A stretch of 64,000 nt of DNA from Spirochaetota bacterium. Its GTDB lineage: Bacteria > Spirochaetota > UBA4802 > UBA5550. Shown in pieces: positions 30,494 to 39,962 of the stretch (position 1 is the stretch's first letter; the number at the start of each line of letters is the position of its first letter). The notes beneath the pieces were generated by a model that was not told the origin of the DNA, did not search any database, and saw only the letters and a list, made by a program, of their open reading frames with translations. The position numbers and the translations under genes are program-made. The stretch lies in assembly GCA_050298055.1 (NCBI GenBank), contig JBNKTL010000015.1, positions 1 to 64,000 of the forward strand. Direction: 5' to 3'.

Positions 30494-31048
30494 TTAAAAT
30501 CTATGGGCATCATTCCATCCATCTGCCTGTCTCATTTCACATCCGGTTATCAGATGATTTGACAGTGTGTTTTTCAATCTCTCAGATATAAAGATTATAT
30601 CCTGGTACTCATCTGCGCGGAACATATCAGGCGCGCCATCAGGCAAATTTAACTTTAAACTGAAAACTCTTGCGATCACCGGGCCAAATGTAGAGCAATC
30701 AGTATTCTCCCTATCGAAACATTGCATACGGCCAACTACATTAAGTAAAAAACGGTCTTTAATGACAGAATCTTCAAAGCGGACTTCCACGGGAAAACTC
30801 TGATAGTTCTCCACACCAGACTCATTAAGTGCGTCTAAAAACCTCCGGTTTACCAGGGGAGCGCCGCCGACTTCCAGGTAGTCGGGCAATTCAATTGCGG
30901 CAGACTCCACCTCTATGAATAACTCCCCGCCGGTGAGGCCGGAAGGAAGAAGATCACCTTTCAGGAAATCCAGCCCAAATCCGCCATCTCCTTCATAAAC
31001 AAGGTGGGAAACTAATTCTACCGGCTTTGATTCCAATACATAGTACAT
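30494..31048 (-). CDS. Imm11/DUF1629-like immunity protein (paralogue 12)
   Basis: MYY start after AGGAG; LPDYL, GVENYQSFPV, LLNVVG, MFRADE..IIFISERLK; ends GWNDAHRF like paralogue 2 (GWNDHHRF). Confidence 0.82.
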   Translation of the reverse strand: MYYVLESKPVELVSHLVYEGDGGFGLDFLKGDLLPSGLTGGELFIEVESAAIELPDYLEVGGAPLVNRRFLDALNESGVENYQSFPVEVRFEDSVIKDRFLLNVVGRMQCFDRENTDCSTFGPVIARVFSLKLNLPDGAPDMFRADEYQDIIFISERLKNTLSNHLITGCEMRQADGWNDAHRF

Positions 31049-31061
31049 AATTCGCTCCTGT

Positions 31062-31634
31062 TTATATCTCATCAATGGGAAAACATGAAATTTGCCACTT
31101 GTCTCCTTTGGGGTTCGGATTATTATCGAGAGCATATAAAAGTTTTTCATGAACGATTATTATACCGGGTTGTTCTGCAGGTCGAAAAATCAGTTTATCC
31201 TGCGTCTTGCCTGGATCAATAACAAGCTTTTGAAATTTATAAAGGGGTGTTGCATCGCCGGGACGTTTTGCAATTTCAGTTACTGAGGAGGCATCAATAT
31301 CAGCACAGGCTATTTTACCGATAATATTTACTGCGAAATAATAATCCCAGACCTGTTTTGCTTTTTCATTGATCAAAACAGCGTCAAACAGCTGCAAATT
31401 ATCAACCCCGCATTTTTCAAAGACATTTACCAAACCCTCAGAGAATGCGGGTACGCTGATCCCCATCACAGCCCCCGGCGGGTCATCGGAAGGGTTATCA
31501 ACCAAAAACCTCATTGGTTCTTGGAATTTTTGAGTTAATTGATCCCCCGATGTGAAAAATACCCCAACCGGAACTTCAGGATCTTTTACTGTCCCAAAAT
31601 CAGAATAAATATATTCTTTTATACGATAATACAT
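31062..31634 (-). CDS. Imm11/DUF1629-like immunity protein (paralogue 13)
   Basis: CGVDNLQLF, YFAVNIIG, IFRPAEQP.IIIVHEKL. Confidence 0.82.
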   Translation of the reverse strand: MYYRIKEYIYSDFGTVKDPEVPVGVFFTSGDQLTQKFQEPMRFLVDNPSDDPPGAVMGISVPAFSEGLVNVFEKCGVDNLQLFDAVLINEKAKQVWDYYFAVNIIGKIACADIDASSVTEIAKRPGDATPLYKFQKLVIDPGKTQDKLIFRPAEQPGIIIVHEKLLYALDNNPNPKGDKWQISCFPIDEI

Positions 31635-31646
31635 ACAATCAGGTTC

Positions 31647-32195
31647 TCAAATGCCGTCGTATTCCTCAGTCGGTTGCAAAAGTACCGCCGACCATTCATG
31701 TTTCATAAGCTCTTCCGCAATCTCCCGGGACACAACAATGAAGCCGGGTCCGTTTTGCAACCTGAAAAAACGGGCGCCATTTACTTTGTTCTCATCAATC
31801 ACAATCGTGCCGGTAAAATAAGGTCTCTTTAACCTGAGGCGATATTCGGAATTCTCCAGGTCAACCGCGTCAATAGAGCCGATGACATTCACCGCAAAGA
31901 AGCCCTGGTACTTTTTGCCCTTATCGTTGAGGGTCACGGGATAGCGGTCAATGTTATTTATCCCCAGGCTCTCCAGGAAAGTCAAAAGTTTTTCCGACAT
32001 CACGGGGATGGTAGTGTCAAAGAAATCGGGGAAAACCGTGCCGTAGCTTGAGTCCAGGATCAGCTCCTGGGGAGCGAGTGGTTTTTCAAAAGCCTGTCCG
32101 GCAATCCAGTTCAGCTCACCGGTTTCCTTCATATGCCCGGCTATCTCGATTATGTTTTGCGCTTTAAACAGGTCCTGCCTGAGAAAATAGTACAT
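31647..32195 (-). CDS. Imm11/DUF1629-like immunity protein (paralogue 14)
   Basis: FPDFF...PVMSEKL, GINNIDRYPV, FFAVNVIG, FFRL...IVVSREI. Confidence 0.82.
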   Translation of the reverse strand: MYYFLRQDLFKAQNIIEIAGHMKETGELNWIAGQAFEKPLAPQELILDSSYGTVFPDFFDTTIPVMSEKLLTFLESLGINNIDRYPVTLNDKGKKYQGFFAVNVIGSIDAVDLENSEYRLRLKRPYFTGTIVIDENKVNGARFFRLQNGPGFIVVSREIAEELMKHEWSAVLLQPTEEYDGI

Positions 32196-32289
32196 GTTAT
32201 CCTTCCTCGAATGTTATTGGTATTTTTCTGCGAATCTCATTCTTTCTTCGCACTTATTTGTCTTTTTCAGGGGGATTATATGATCTCCT

Positions 32290-32356
32290 TGAAACCGGTA
32301 TGCTCCGAATGCCCCTGGCAGAGGCTATGTTTTGTGGAGTAAAAAAATCAGCCAGC
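32290..32356. repeat. Right island-boundary direct repeat overlapping the tRNA-Thr 3' end
   Basis: tgaaaccgg...ccctggcagaggctatgttttgtggagtaaaaaaatcagccagc; degenerate copy of 21178-21249. Confidence 0.8.
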
Positions 32357-32422
32357 AAGCGGAATCGAACCGCTGACCTGCTCATTACGAGTGAGCTGCT
32401 CTACCATCTGAGCTATGCTGGC
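32350..32422 (-). tRNA. tRNA-Thr (anticodon CGT)
   Basis: GCCAGCATAGCTCAGATGGTAGAGCAGCTCACT-CGT-AATGAGCAGGTCAGCGGTTCGATTCCGCTTGCTGGCT: 73-nt cloverleaf, CCA not encoded. Confidence 0.97.
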
Positions 32423-32476
32423 GATGGGTAAAGATAGTAATTGGTAAATTATTCGTCAAGTCTTCCTTCATTTTTT

Positions 32477-32544
32477 CCCCATCCCCCTGAGGGGGCGTAA
32501 GATTTTATATCATAACTTTCTTATGCTCCCCTGGGGGGTAGGGG
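32477..32544. repeat. Imperfect GC-rich inverted repeat (REP-like)
   Basis: ccccatccccctgagggggcgtaaga ... tcttatgctcccctggggggtagggg. Confidence 0.45.
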
Positions 32545-32634
32545 CCTCCTTCGTGAGCTTTGTTTAGACCTCTTCAGCTCAAAAGAAAATTAATACTTGA
32601 AGAAAAAAAAGCTCTCTGCTCTATTGTGAATATA

Positions 32635-35145
32635 ATGAGTGCAAGAGTTATCATAAAAAACATTTTATTTTTCATAATCATAATCCTTCTCCTCGCCGGT
32701 TCGCTCTCCGCGGCTTCTCCTGTGATTATCAACGAACGGGTAGACGAACTTCCTCTTAACCCTTACCTTGAAATTATGAAGGAGGGAAAAAAGAAGTATT
32801 CCCTGGAGGATTTTAAAAAGAAGGAAATTTCGGATATGTTCGTTTCTTCCCGGAACCGGAACCCGCTTTTTACATTTTCTTCCGCCGTGTACTGGTTCAG
32901 GTTCCGTGTGAAAAACGGGATGGGAAGTGATTTTAACTGGTTTCTAGAGATATCAAATCCCATGCTTAAAAATATCCATATCTATCTTCTGGACGACCGT
33001 GGGAGAATTACCCGGAGGGAAATAAGCGGCGGGGACTACCCTTTTTCGCATAAAAAGATCAGACACAGAAATTTTGTCTTTAATTTTACCGAAAAAACTG
33101 GCAAAGAGCAGGTATACTATATCCGGATCCAGACCGAGTATTTCACAAACCCCTCTTTCACCATGTATTCAGCCGGGACCTTCCATAAAGTTAATGACAG
33201 GGAGCAGGTTGCTCTGGGGATCTACTTTGGCGCCCTGCTGGTGATGGTTATCTATAACCTCTTTATCTTTTTCAGCCTGCGGGACAAAAGTTATCTCTAT
33301 TATGTTCTCTACTATTCTGTCTCCCTGCTTTTCAATCTCAGTCTCACCGGTCTTGCTTTCCGGTATCTCTGGCCAGAGTCAACATGGTGGGTGACAAAAA
33401 GTTTTCCTGTCTATATCTTTGTGCTGACGATTCTCGGTATACAATTTTCACGGTCTTTCCTGGAACTGCCGCGTTTGATCCCGGAACATGATAATATCTT
33501 TAAAGGAATAGCCGTTATCAGCGGGATACTCATATTTGTATCCTTTTTCTTTGATTTTCCATTCATACTGAGAACAGGGATCTCCATAATGGTGATCTCA
33601 ATTGCCCTGGTTTTCGTTGCAATCTACAGGATAATGAACAGGAAGTTCAGGCCCGCGCGTTTTTTATTTTTTTCCCTGGGATTTTTCTGTATCGGTACTC
33701 TTATCTATGGTTTGATCACAATTACTGTCATTCCCGATAATTTCTTTTCCCGGGCGGCATACCAGGCTGCTTCACTTCTCGAGGTTGTAACAATAACCCT
33801 CGGTCTTGCCGACAGGATAAACTTCAAGAAGAAAGAATCAGAGAATATGAGGTTGATCCTGGAAAACCTCGTAAACCGGCGGACAGATGAGCTGAACTCC
33901 GCCCTGAAAGAGATGAAGAAGAAAGACCGGGAACTGCAGATAGAGCTTGGCCTGGCTGCAAATATCCAGGATGGTATACTCCCCCGGATGCCTTATTCCG
34001 CAAGGGGGATTAATATCGATGCGTTTCTCAGCCCCATGGGAAAAGTCAGCGGTGATTTTTATGATATTTTTCAGATGAGCGGAGGCTATCTCGGTGTTGT
34101 AGCAGCAGATGTTTCCGGGCACGGGATGCCGGCGGCATTTATTACGGCCATGGCCAAGATCAATTTTTCCGAGGCTATTCAGAACAACCTCTTTCCCGCG
34201 GATATCTTCAGGGAAGTCAACAGTGCTCTTGTTGATGTCATAAAAACAGATGACTTTCTCACCGCTTTTTTTCTTGTTATCAGTCCCACCTATGAAATTT
34301 TCTACTGTAATGGATCTTTCCTGCACCCAATGCTCTTTCGAAAAAAAGATTTTACCATAAAAAAGCTTGATACAAACGGTCTCTTCCTGGGTTCGCTTTT
34401 AACAGCAAACGAGATGTATGAAGACGGACGGGACCAGCTTAACTACGGGGACAGAATCCTTCTTTTCAGTGACGGGATCATTGAATCCAGGAACAGAAAT
34501 AATGAAATATTCGGTGAAAAGAGACTGCGGCTTCTCTTTCTCCAGACCAGTCACATGTCTGTGAGTGACGCCAGGAATAGATTAGTTTCTGAATGGAAAA
34601 ATTTTGCAGAAAACCGGGAACAGGCAGATGATGTTTCTTTTGTGATTATTGAAATTGACCCTGCATATGAAAACCTGATTAAATACAGGGATGAAGGATT
34701 CAGATTTCTTACCCTGGGGAAAATCAAGGAAGCCATAGATATTTTAAAGCTTGCTGTTGATATTGACAGTAATGACGAAAAAAGTCATCTCTATCTCGGT
34801 GAGTCCTACCTGAAGGACAGGAACTATCTGAAGGCAGTGGAGCACCTGAACAGGTACCTGAAAAATAATGAAATTGATGCCAATGTCTGGTACCACCTGG
34901 CACAGGCCTATTTTAACCTGGGCAACTACACCATGGCCAATGAGACAGCCCTTAAGGCCGCGAAACTCAGGTCGGATTCGGCGGATGTCCTGGTACTCTC
35001 CGGTCTCTCCCTGAGGGACCTGGGGCAGAACCGGGAAGCCAGGAAAGTCTGGGAAAGGCTTCTCAGTATAGAACCGAACAACCAGCTTGCCCTCATGGAG
35101 CTTAAAATGATTAATGATGTTGATAAAAAGGATGAACATCACTAG
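32635..35145 (+). CDS. 7TM-DISM sensor with SpoIIE/PP2C phosphatase domain and C-terminal TPRs
   Basis: 7TMR-DISM extracellular and TM domains (YNLFIF...DKSYLYY); A.NIQ..ILP, VSGDFYD, ADVSGHG.PAA, LLFSDGI.E, DDVS; TPR tail. Confidence 0.92.
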   Translation: MSARVIIKNILFFIIIILLLAGSLSAASPVIINERVDELPLNPYLEIMKEGKKKYSLEDFKKKEISDMFVSSRNRNPLFTFSSAVYWFRFRVKNGMGSDFNWFLEISNPMLKNIHIYLLDDRGRITRREISGGDYPFSHKKIRHRNFVFNFTEKTGKEQVYYIRIQTEYFTNPSFTMYSAGTFHKVNDREQVALGIYFGALLVMVIYNLFIFFSLRDKSYLYYVLYYSVSLLFNLSLTGLAFRYLWPESTWWVTKSFPVYIFVLTILGIQFSRSFLELPRLIPEHDNIFKGIAVISGILIFVSFFFDFPFILRTGISIMVISIALVFVAIYRIMNRKFRPARFLFFSLGFFCIGTLIYGLITITVIPDNFFSRAAYQAASLLEVVTITLGLADRINFKKKESENMRLILENLVNRRTDELNSALKEMKKKDRELQIELGLAANIQDGILPRMPYSARGINIDAFLSPMGKVSGDFYDIFQMSGGYLGVVAADVSGHGMPAAFITAMAKINFSEAIQNNLFPADIFREVNSALVDVIKTDDFLTAFFLVISPTYEIFYCNGSFLHPMLFRKKDFTIKKLDTNGLFLGSLLTANEMYEDGRDQLNYGDRILLFSDGIIESRNRNNEIFGEKRLRLLFLQTSHMSVSDARNRLVSEWKNFAENREQADDVSFVIIEIDPAYENLIKYRDEGFRFLTLGKIKEAIDILKLAVDIDSNDEKSHLYLGESYLKDRNYLKAVEHLNRYLKNNEIDANVWYHLAQAYFNLGNYTMANETALKAAKLRSDSADVLVLSGLSLRDLGQNREARKVWERLLSIEPNNQLALMELKMINDVDKKDEHH

Positions 35146-35749
35146 GTTCCTTCCTGTTATATCAATGATCTTTCTCCTGTGGGAGCATCCTGTTTTCCCG
35201 CAGATAAAAAAACCGGTTGATCCCCATACTCCTTCCGTTGATTTAAAAAAGAGGAAGAGCGTACAGTTCTACCCGGTGTTTATCGATTTTCCCCGGGATA
35301 AGAAGATCAGGGGAAATGTCATTTTTAATTTCATGAAGATAAGAGTTCCCGGAAAAGAGAATGGAGGCACCCGGTATATAAAAATATCAGATATCAAATC
35401 CATAGATTTTCTGAAATGGAGTGGAAAGGAATACCGTAAAAATTCATACCTCTTTAAGCCGTCAACCATAAAGATCACCCTTAACGACGGATCTTCTTTG
35501 ACAATAGAGGGGAACATTCCCCGCCTGAACAGGATCAGCTTTTTGTCGAATGGGAGGAGCGGAAAGAGAAGAATATACTCGCTGTTTTACGATTACTTTA
35601 CGAAGGGGAAATGGGTAAATTCCGGCAGGAGTGAAAAGAGCTACCCTGAAGAAAATCCCCACAGGGAGACCCTGGTAAGGATTCAATTCCTCGAAACAGA
35701 AAAAAAAGATATATTAACCGAGGAGATATTGAAGTTTATCAAAAAATAA
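35132..35749 (+). CDS. Hypothetical exported protein
   Basis: Signal-peptide-like N-terminus; overlaps the upstream stop. Confidence 0.6.
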   Translation: MNITRFLPVISMIFLLWEHPVFPQIKKPVDPHTPSVDLKKRKSVQFYPVFIDFPRDKKIRGNVIFNFMKIRVPGKENGGTRYIKISDIKSIDFLKWSGKEYRKNSYLFKPSTIKITLNDGSSLTIEGNIPRLNRISFLSNGRSGKRRIYSLFYDYFTKGKWVNSGRSEKSYPEENPHRETLVRIQFLETEKKDILTEEILKFIKK

Positions 35750-35801
35750 ACCCCGGTCCCCGTAGAGGCGTTGCATGCAACGCCTCTACGGGGACCGGGG
35801 T
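35750..35801. repeat. Perfect 52-bp palindrome with a GTAG-type REP core
   Basis: accccggtccccGTAGAGGCGTTGCATGCAACGCCTCTACggggaccggggt. Confidence 0.85.
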
Positions 35802-35866
35802 AAAAAAAACCTTGACAAATCTCTCTATTAGAAATCTATGCATATTTGTCAGCTAATGAGTATACA

Positions 35867-36103
35867 ATGACTTTTGAAAGAGGAAATCTCGGCTATTTCA
35901 TAGCATTTATTCTGATTGGAGCAATTCTTGGATCATCAGTAGGTACTCTTCTCGCCAGGATTTTCCCTGCCCTGTCGCTTATCAAAGAGAGTCTCACAGG
36001 GCCTGTGGGTTTTAACTTGGAAATCGTTAGCTTCAGTATAAAGTTAAACCTTTCGGCGATTATCGGGCTGGTTCTCGGTTTTATTCTTTTCTGGAAGGTT
36101 TAG
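35867..36103 (+). CDS. Small membrane protein, DUF4321-like
   Basis: FILIGAILGS..G.LL...P.L....GFNL.IVSFSIKLNLSAIIGL.LGF. Confidence 0.65.
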   Translation: MTFERGNLGYFIAFILIGAILGSSVGTLLARIFPALSLIKESLTGPVGFNLEIVSFSIKLNLSAIIGLVLGFILFWKV

Positions 36104-36370
36104 GCCGTGCTCACGGCTATCAATTGTGCCGGTTGTAATACCGGTCCATAGTTTAAACCGGTGGGAAAACCGGTTGCCGCCATCCATAGTGTTGAGGCAT
36201 TTTTTTAAATGAGTGTTTAAATGATGCAATATGCATCTTATTCGGTGATAGAGCTTATTGACAGTCAAGCTGTCCTTGATATGCAGGGGGTTTTCTCAGT
36301 CAACTCTGCTCTCAGCCGGAAATATACCAGTGAATACAGGGTAATTTCACAATACCAGGGGGTAATATAA

Positions 36371-37258
36371 TTGTCAGTAGTATCAATGAAAGCTTTATTG
36401 GAATCAGGGGTTCACTTTGGTCACCAGACCAGGAGATGGAATCCCAAGATGTCAAAGTTTATTTTCACTGCAAGGAATGGTATTCACATCATCGATTTGC
36501 AGAAGACAATGCAGAGGATCAAACTCGCTTACAGCTCAATGAAAGAAGTGGCAGAGAATGGCGGCAAAATCCTTTTTGTGGGTACAAAAAAACAGGCGCA
36601 ATCAGCTATTGTTGAATATGCTGAAAAATGTGAGATGTTTTATGTTTCAGAGAGATGGCTGGGCGGACTGCTCACTAACTTTAAGACCGTGAGTAATTCT
36701 ATTCAGCGGCTTAAAGAACTGGAAGCCATGCAGCAGAATGATAACTGGGATGCCGAAACAAAAAAGGAGAAACTCGATCTTCAGCGGGAACTGGAAAAGA
36801 AAGACAAGGTCTTTTCCGGAATAAAAAATATGAGCAAACTTCCCGATGCCCTTTTTGTCATTGATCCGAAAAGGGAAGCTATTGCGGTCAATGAAGCGAA
36901 AAAGCTCGGTATTCCTATTTTTGCAGTTGTGGATACAAACTGTAATCCTGATGAAATAGATTTTCCCATACCCGGAAACGACGATGCCATACGGGCTATT
37001 GCACTTTTTCTGGACACAATGGCGCGGGCAATCAATGAGGGTAAATCCGGCGGACAAACTGAAATTTCTGAAGAGGATGCAGAAGAAACAGACGAAGCTG
37101 CAGATGAAGAAGATGAAGGTTCTTTTAGTGAAGAGGCCGAGGTAAAGGCTGAAGCGGAATTGACCGAAGAGGTTTCTGAAAGCGGTGATGAAGCGGCGGT
37201 AGATAAAACTGCCGGGGACGGGACATCTTCCGAAGAGGGAAAAAGTGATAACTGGTAG
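36371..37258 (+). CDS. rpsB: 30S ribosomal protein S2
   Basis: [30 protein letters not shown]; acidic C-terminal tail; TTG start. Confidence 0.98.
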   Translation: MSVVSMKALLESGVHFGHQTRRWNPKMSKFIFTARNGIHIIDLQKTMQRIKLAYSSMKEVAENGGKILFVGTKKQAQSAIVEYAEKCEMFYVSERWLGGLLTNFKTVSNSIQRLKELEAMQQNDNWDAETKKEKLDLQRELEKKDKVFSGIKNMSKLPDALFVIDPKREAIAVNEAKKLGIPIFAVVDTNCNPDEIDFPIPGNDDAIRAIALFLDTMARAINEGKSGGQTEISEEDAEETDEAADEEDEGSFSEEAEVKAEAELTEEVSESGDEAAVDKTAGDGTSSEEGKSDNW

Positions 37259-37313
37259 GATTCTCTCTTGAGAACAAAATCGTAAATATTATGAATAATG
37301 GAGTTTGAGAAAA

Positions 37314-37910
37314 GTGGCGGAAATAACATCGGATATGATTAAAGAGTTAAGGCATAAGACGCAGGCCGGTATGCTTGATTGTAAAAAAGCCCTTGGTGAG
37401 ACTGATGGCGATATGGAGAAGGCTGTTGATCTTCTCAGAAAAAAAGGGCTGGCTTCGGCTGCCAAGAAGATGGGTCGTGAAGCAACAGAGGGTATCATTG
37501 CATCGTATATCCACTCAAACCAGAAGGTGGGGGTACTCCTGGAACTCAATACCGTGACAGACTTTGTGGCGCGAAATGAAGATTTTCAGGGACTGGCAAA
37601 AGAACTCTGTATGCAGGTAGCTGCGGCAAGTCCTCTCTATATAAATATTGAGGATGTCCCTGAGGAAGATCTCGCCAGGGAAAGGGAAATCTATAAAGAG
37701 CAGATGAAAGATTCGGGTAAACCCGAAAATGTTGTCGACAAGATCGTTGACGGAAAACTGAACAAGTTCTATTCGGAAGTCTGTCTCATGGAACAGGAGT
37801 ATATTAAGGACCCGAAGGTGAAGATCAAGGACCTTATCAAGGAAAAAGTAGCTTCGTATGGCGAAAACATTGCCGTTGGCAAGTTCAGCAGGTTCCAGAT
37901 AGGATCATAA
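37314..37910 (+). CDS. tsf: Elongation factor Ts (short form)
   Basis: [42 protein letters not shown] start assumed. Confidence 0.97.
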   Translation: MAEITSDMIKELRHKTQAGMLDCKKALGETDGDMEKAVDLLRKKGLASAAKKMGREATEGIIASYIHSNQKVGVLLELNTVTDFVARNEDFQGLAKELCMQVAAASPLYINIEDVPEEDLAREREIYKEQMKDSGKPENVVDKIVDGKLNKFYSEVCLMEQEYIKDPKVKIKDLIKEKVASYGENIAVGKFSRFQIGS

Positions 37911-37911
37911 A

Positions 37912-38658
37912 ATGGGTACTGCTTCCAGCCATTCATCAGGGGAAAAGAGGGCTTCGGGCTATAACAGGATCCTCCTTAAACTGAGCGGGGAAGCCCTCGC
38001 CGGTGATAAAAAACAGGGTATTGACCCGGTCATCATCAAGAGTATAGCTTCAGATATTAAAGAAGTCCGCACCCTGGGGATTCAGGTCGCTGTTGTTGTC
38101 GGTGCCGGAAATATTTTCAGAGGGTCCCTTGGAGTTGAACTGGGACTGGGAAGAGTGACCGGGGACTACATGGGAATGCTGGCCACAGTGATGAATTCCC
38201 TGGCTTTCAGAGATATCCTGAACGGTATTGGTGTTGATACCAGGGTCATGACCTCGGTAGGAATGAACGAAGTGGCTGAAAAATATACAATAGACAGGGC
38301 CCTGCGCCACCTTGATGAAGGCAAGGTCGTAATAGCCGCAGGGGGTACGGGGCATCCCTATTTTACCACAGATACCGCGGCAGGTCTGCGGGCGGTTGAA
38401 CTCAGGGCGGATGTGTTATTAAAGGCTACGAGGGTTGACGGTGTTTATACGTCTGACCCGGAAAAGGACACGGATGCGGAGAAGATACCTGATATGTCGT
38501 ACATTGAATATATCAGCAGGAAATTAAGAGTCATGGACCTGACTGCTGTTTCTCTCTGCATGGATAACGGGTTGCCCATAGTGATATTTGATCTTTTTCG
38601 AAAAAATTCATTAAATGACATAGTCCTCGGCAAGGATATCGGGACAAAAATTTCATAG
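37912..38658 (+). CDS. pyrH: UMP kinase
   Basis: RILLKLSGEAL, GNIFRG, DYMGMLATVMN, PYFTTDTAA. Confidence 0.98.
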   Translation: MGTASSHSSGEKRASGYNRILLKLSGEALAGDKKQGIDPVIIKSIASDIKEVRTLGIQVAVVVGAGNIFRGSLGVELGLGRVTGDYMGMLATVMNSLAFRDILNGIGVDTRVMTSVGMNEVAEKYTIDRALRHLDEGKVVIAAGGTGHPYFTTDTAAGLRAVELRADVLLKATRVDGVYTSDPEKDTDAEKIPDMSYIEYISRKLRVMDLTAVSLCMDNGLPIVIFDLFRKNSLNDIVLGKDIGTKIS

Positions 38659-38677
38659 ATGAACTTGAGGTGTATTT

Positions 38678-39235
38678 ATGGTTGATGAGATTCTTAGGGA
38701 AACAGAAGAGAGAATGAAAAAAAGCATTACAAATCTGCAGAAAGAGTTTGCCGCTATCAGGACCGGGAGGGCCAATCCGGCAATGTTTGACGGGATTAAC
38801 GTTGAAGCCTATGATTCTCAGATGCCCCTCAACCAGGTTTCAACCATATCGATTCCTGAACCGAGACTTGTCGTGATCCAGCCGTGGGACGCGTCAAACC
38901 TCGGAGCAATTGAAAAGGCCATCCTGAAATCGGACCTTTCACTCAATCCCACAAATGACGGCAATCTTATCCGTATCCAGATACCCGATCTCACGGAAGA
39001 GAGAAGAAAGGAATATGTGAAAATGGCCAAACAAAAATCTGAAGATTGCAAGGTGGCAATCAGGAACATCAGAAGAGACGGAAATGACCTTGTGAAGGGT
39101 CTCGAAAAGGAGAAGGATATCTCCGAGGATGAATCGAAGGCCGGACTCAGCGATGTACAGGACCTTACAGACAGGTATGTTGAAGAGGTGAACAAGCTCA
39201 CCGAAAACAAGGAGAAGGAAATACTGAGTCTTTAA
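38678..39235 (+). CDS. frr: Ribosome recycling factor
   Basis: IRTGRANP, LTEERRKE, KVAIRNIRRD. Confidence 0.98.
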   Translation: MVDEILRETEERMKKSITNLQKEFAAIRTGRANPAMFDGINVEAYDSQMPLNQVSTISIPEPRLVVIQPWDASNLGAIEKAILKSDLSLNPTNDGNLIRIQIPDLTEERRKEYVKMAKQKSEDCKVAIRNIRRDGNDLVKGLEKEKDISEDESKAGLSDVQDLTDRYVEEVNKLTENKEKEILSL

Positions 39236-39245
39236 TTCTGTTTAT

Positions 39246-39962
39246 ATGGAAAACTATCAGAATCTTATAACACCGGATTCTGTTCCCGGACATATTGCCA
39301 TAATAATGGACGGAAACGGGAGATGGGCAAAAATGAGATCCCTCCCCAGATCAGAAGGGCATAAAAAGGGAGCAGAAGTTATTGAACCTCTTGTTGATGC
39401 CGCTCTTGATATTGGTGTAAAAGCCATATCGCTTTACGCCTTTTCGGTTGAAAACTGGCTGAGACCAAAATTTGAAGTTGTTAAGCTCTGGTCGCTGCTG
39501 GAATACTTTTTTAAAAACAACATCGAGAAAATAAAAGATAAAAATATTAAGGTAAAACATACGGGGACATTGAAGAGACTTCCTCCGTCAACGAAGAAAA
39601 CCATAAAGAATGCTATTGAAGAGACTTCGGGAAACAGTAAAATGGTCCTTAATTTCTGTATTAATTACGGAAGCAGGCAGGAAATCGTACAGGCGGTTAA
39701 TGACTGGCTCGATAATCGGAAGGGGAGTGAAAAACTTACCGCAAAAAAGATGGAAAAATTTCTCTCCACTGCGGATCTTCCTGAGATAGATCTCATGATC
39801 AGGACCAGTGGTGAGTACAGGATCAGCAATTTCCTTCTTTGGCAGCTGGCTTATGCGGAACTCTACTTCACAGACGTGCTCTGGCCCGATTTTACCCCTG
39901 AACATTTATTTAAAGCAGTCTATGAATATCAAAACAGAGAGAGGAGATTCGGAGGAATATGA
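39246..39962 (+). CDS. uppS: Undecaprenyl diphosphate synthase
   Basis: HIAIIMDGNGRWA, YAFSVENW.RP, IRTSGE.RISNFLLWQ, RERRFGG. Confidence 0.97.
   Translation: MENYQNLITPDSVPGHIAIIMDGNGRWAKMRSLPRSEGHKKGAEVIEPLVDAALDIGVKAISLYAFSVENWLRPKFEVVKLWSLLEYFFKNNIEKIKDKNIKVKHTGTLKRLPPSTKKTIKNAIEETSGNSKMVLNFCINYGSRQEIVQAVNDWLDNRKGSEKLTAKKMEKFLSTADLPEIDLMIRTSGEYRISNFLLWQLAYAELYFTDVLWPDFTPEHLFKAVYEYQNRERRFGGI

Larger units (their letters stand above)
21250..32349. mobile_element. Genomic island at tRNA-Thr: orphan Imm11-like poly-immunity array (no integrase seen)
   Basis: Flanked by a degenerate direct repeat that includes the tRNA 3' end; contains 14 paralogous genes and 2 unrelated ORFs. Confidence 0.65.

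Noticed and set aside
21292..31150. Longer ORF-track starts for paralogues 1, 3, 5 and 12 (21292, 23439, 25542, 31150)
   Set aside because: The family-aligned MYY starts with RBS-like sequences lie downstream (21442, 23532, 25476, 31048), and the extensions overlap remnants or neighbouring genes.
21237..32349. Integron cassette array (attC sites) as the explanation for the tandem genes
   Set aside because: There is no integron integrase, and the spacers lack consistent RYYYAAC...GTTRRRY ends. The hairpin at 26127-26169 (taaggcggcag...ctgccgcctta) is not kept in the paralogous spacer, and some genes are only 12-13 nt apart.
36104..36370. Possible structured rpsB leader or ncRNA
   Set aside because: Plausible by position, but I could not identify a consensus structure by eye; it needs an Rfam/Infernal search.
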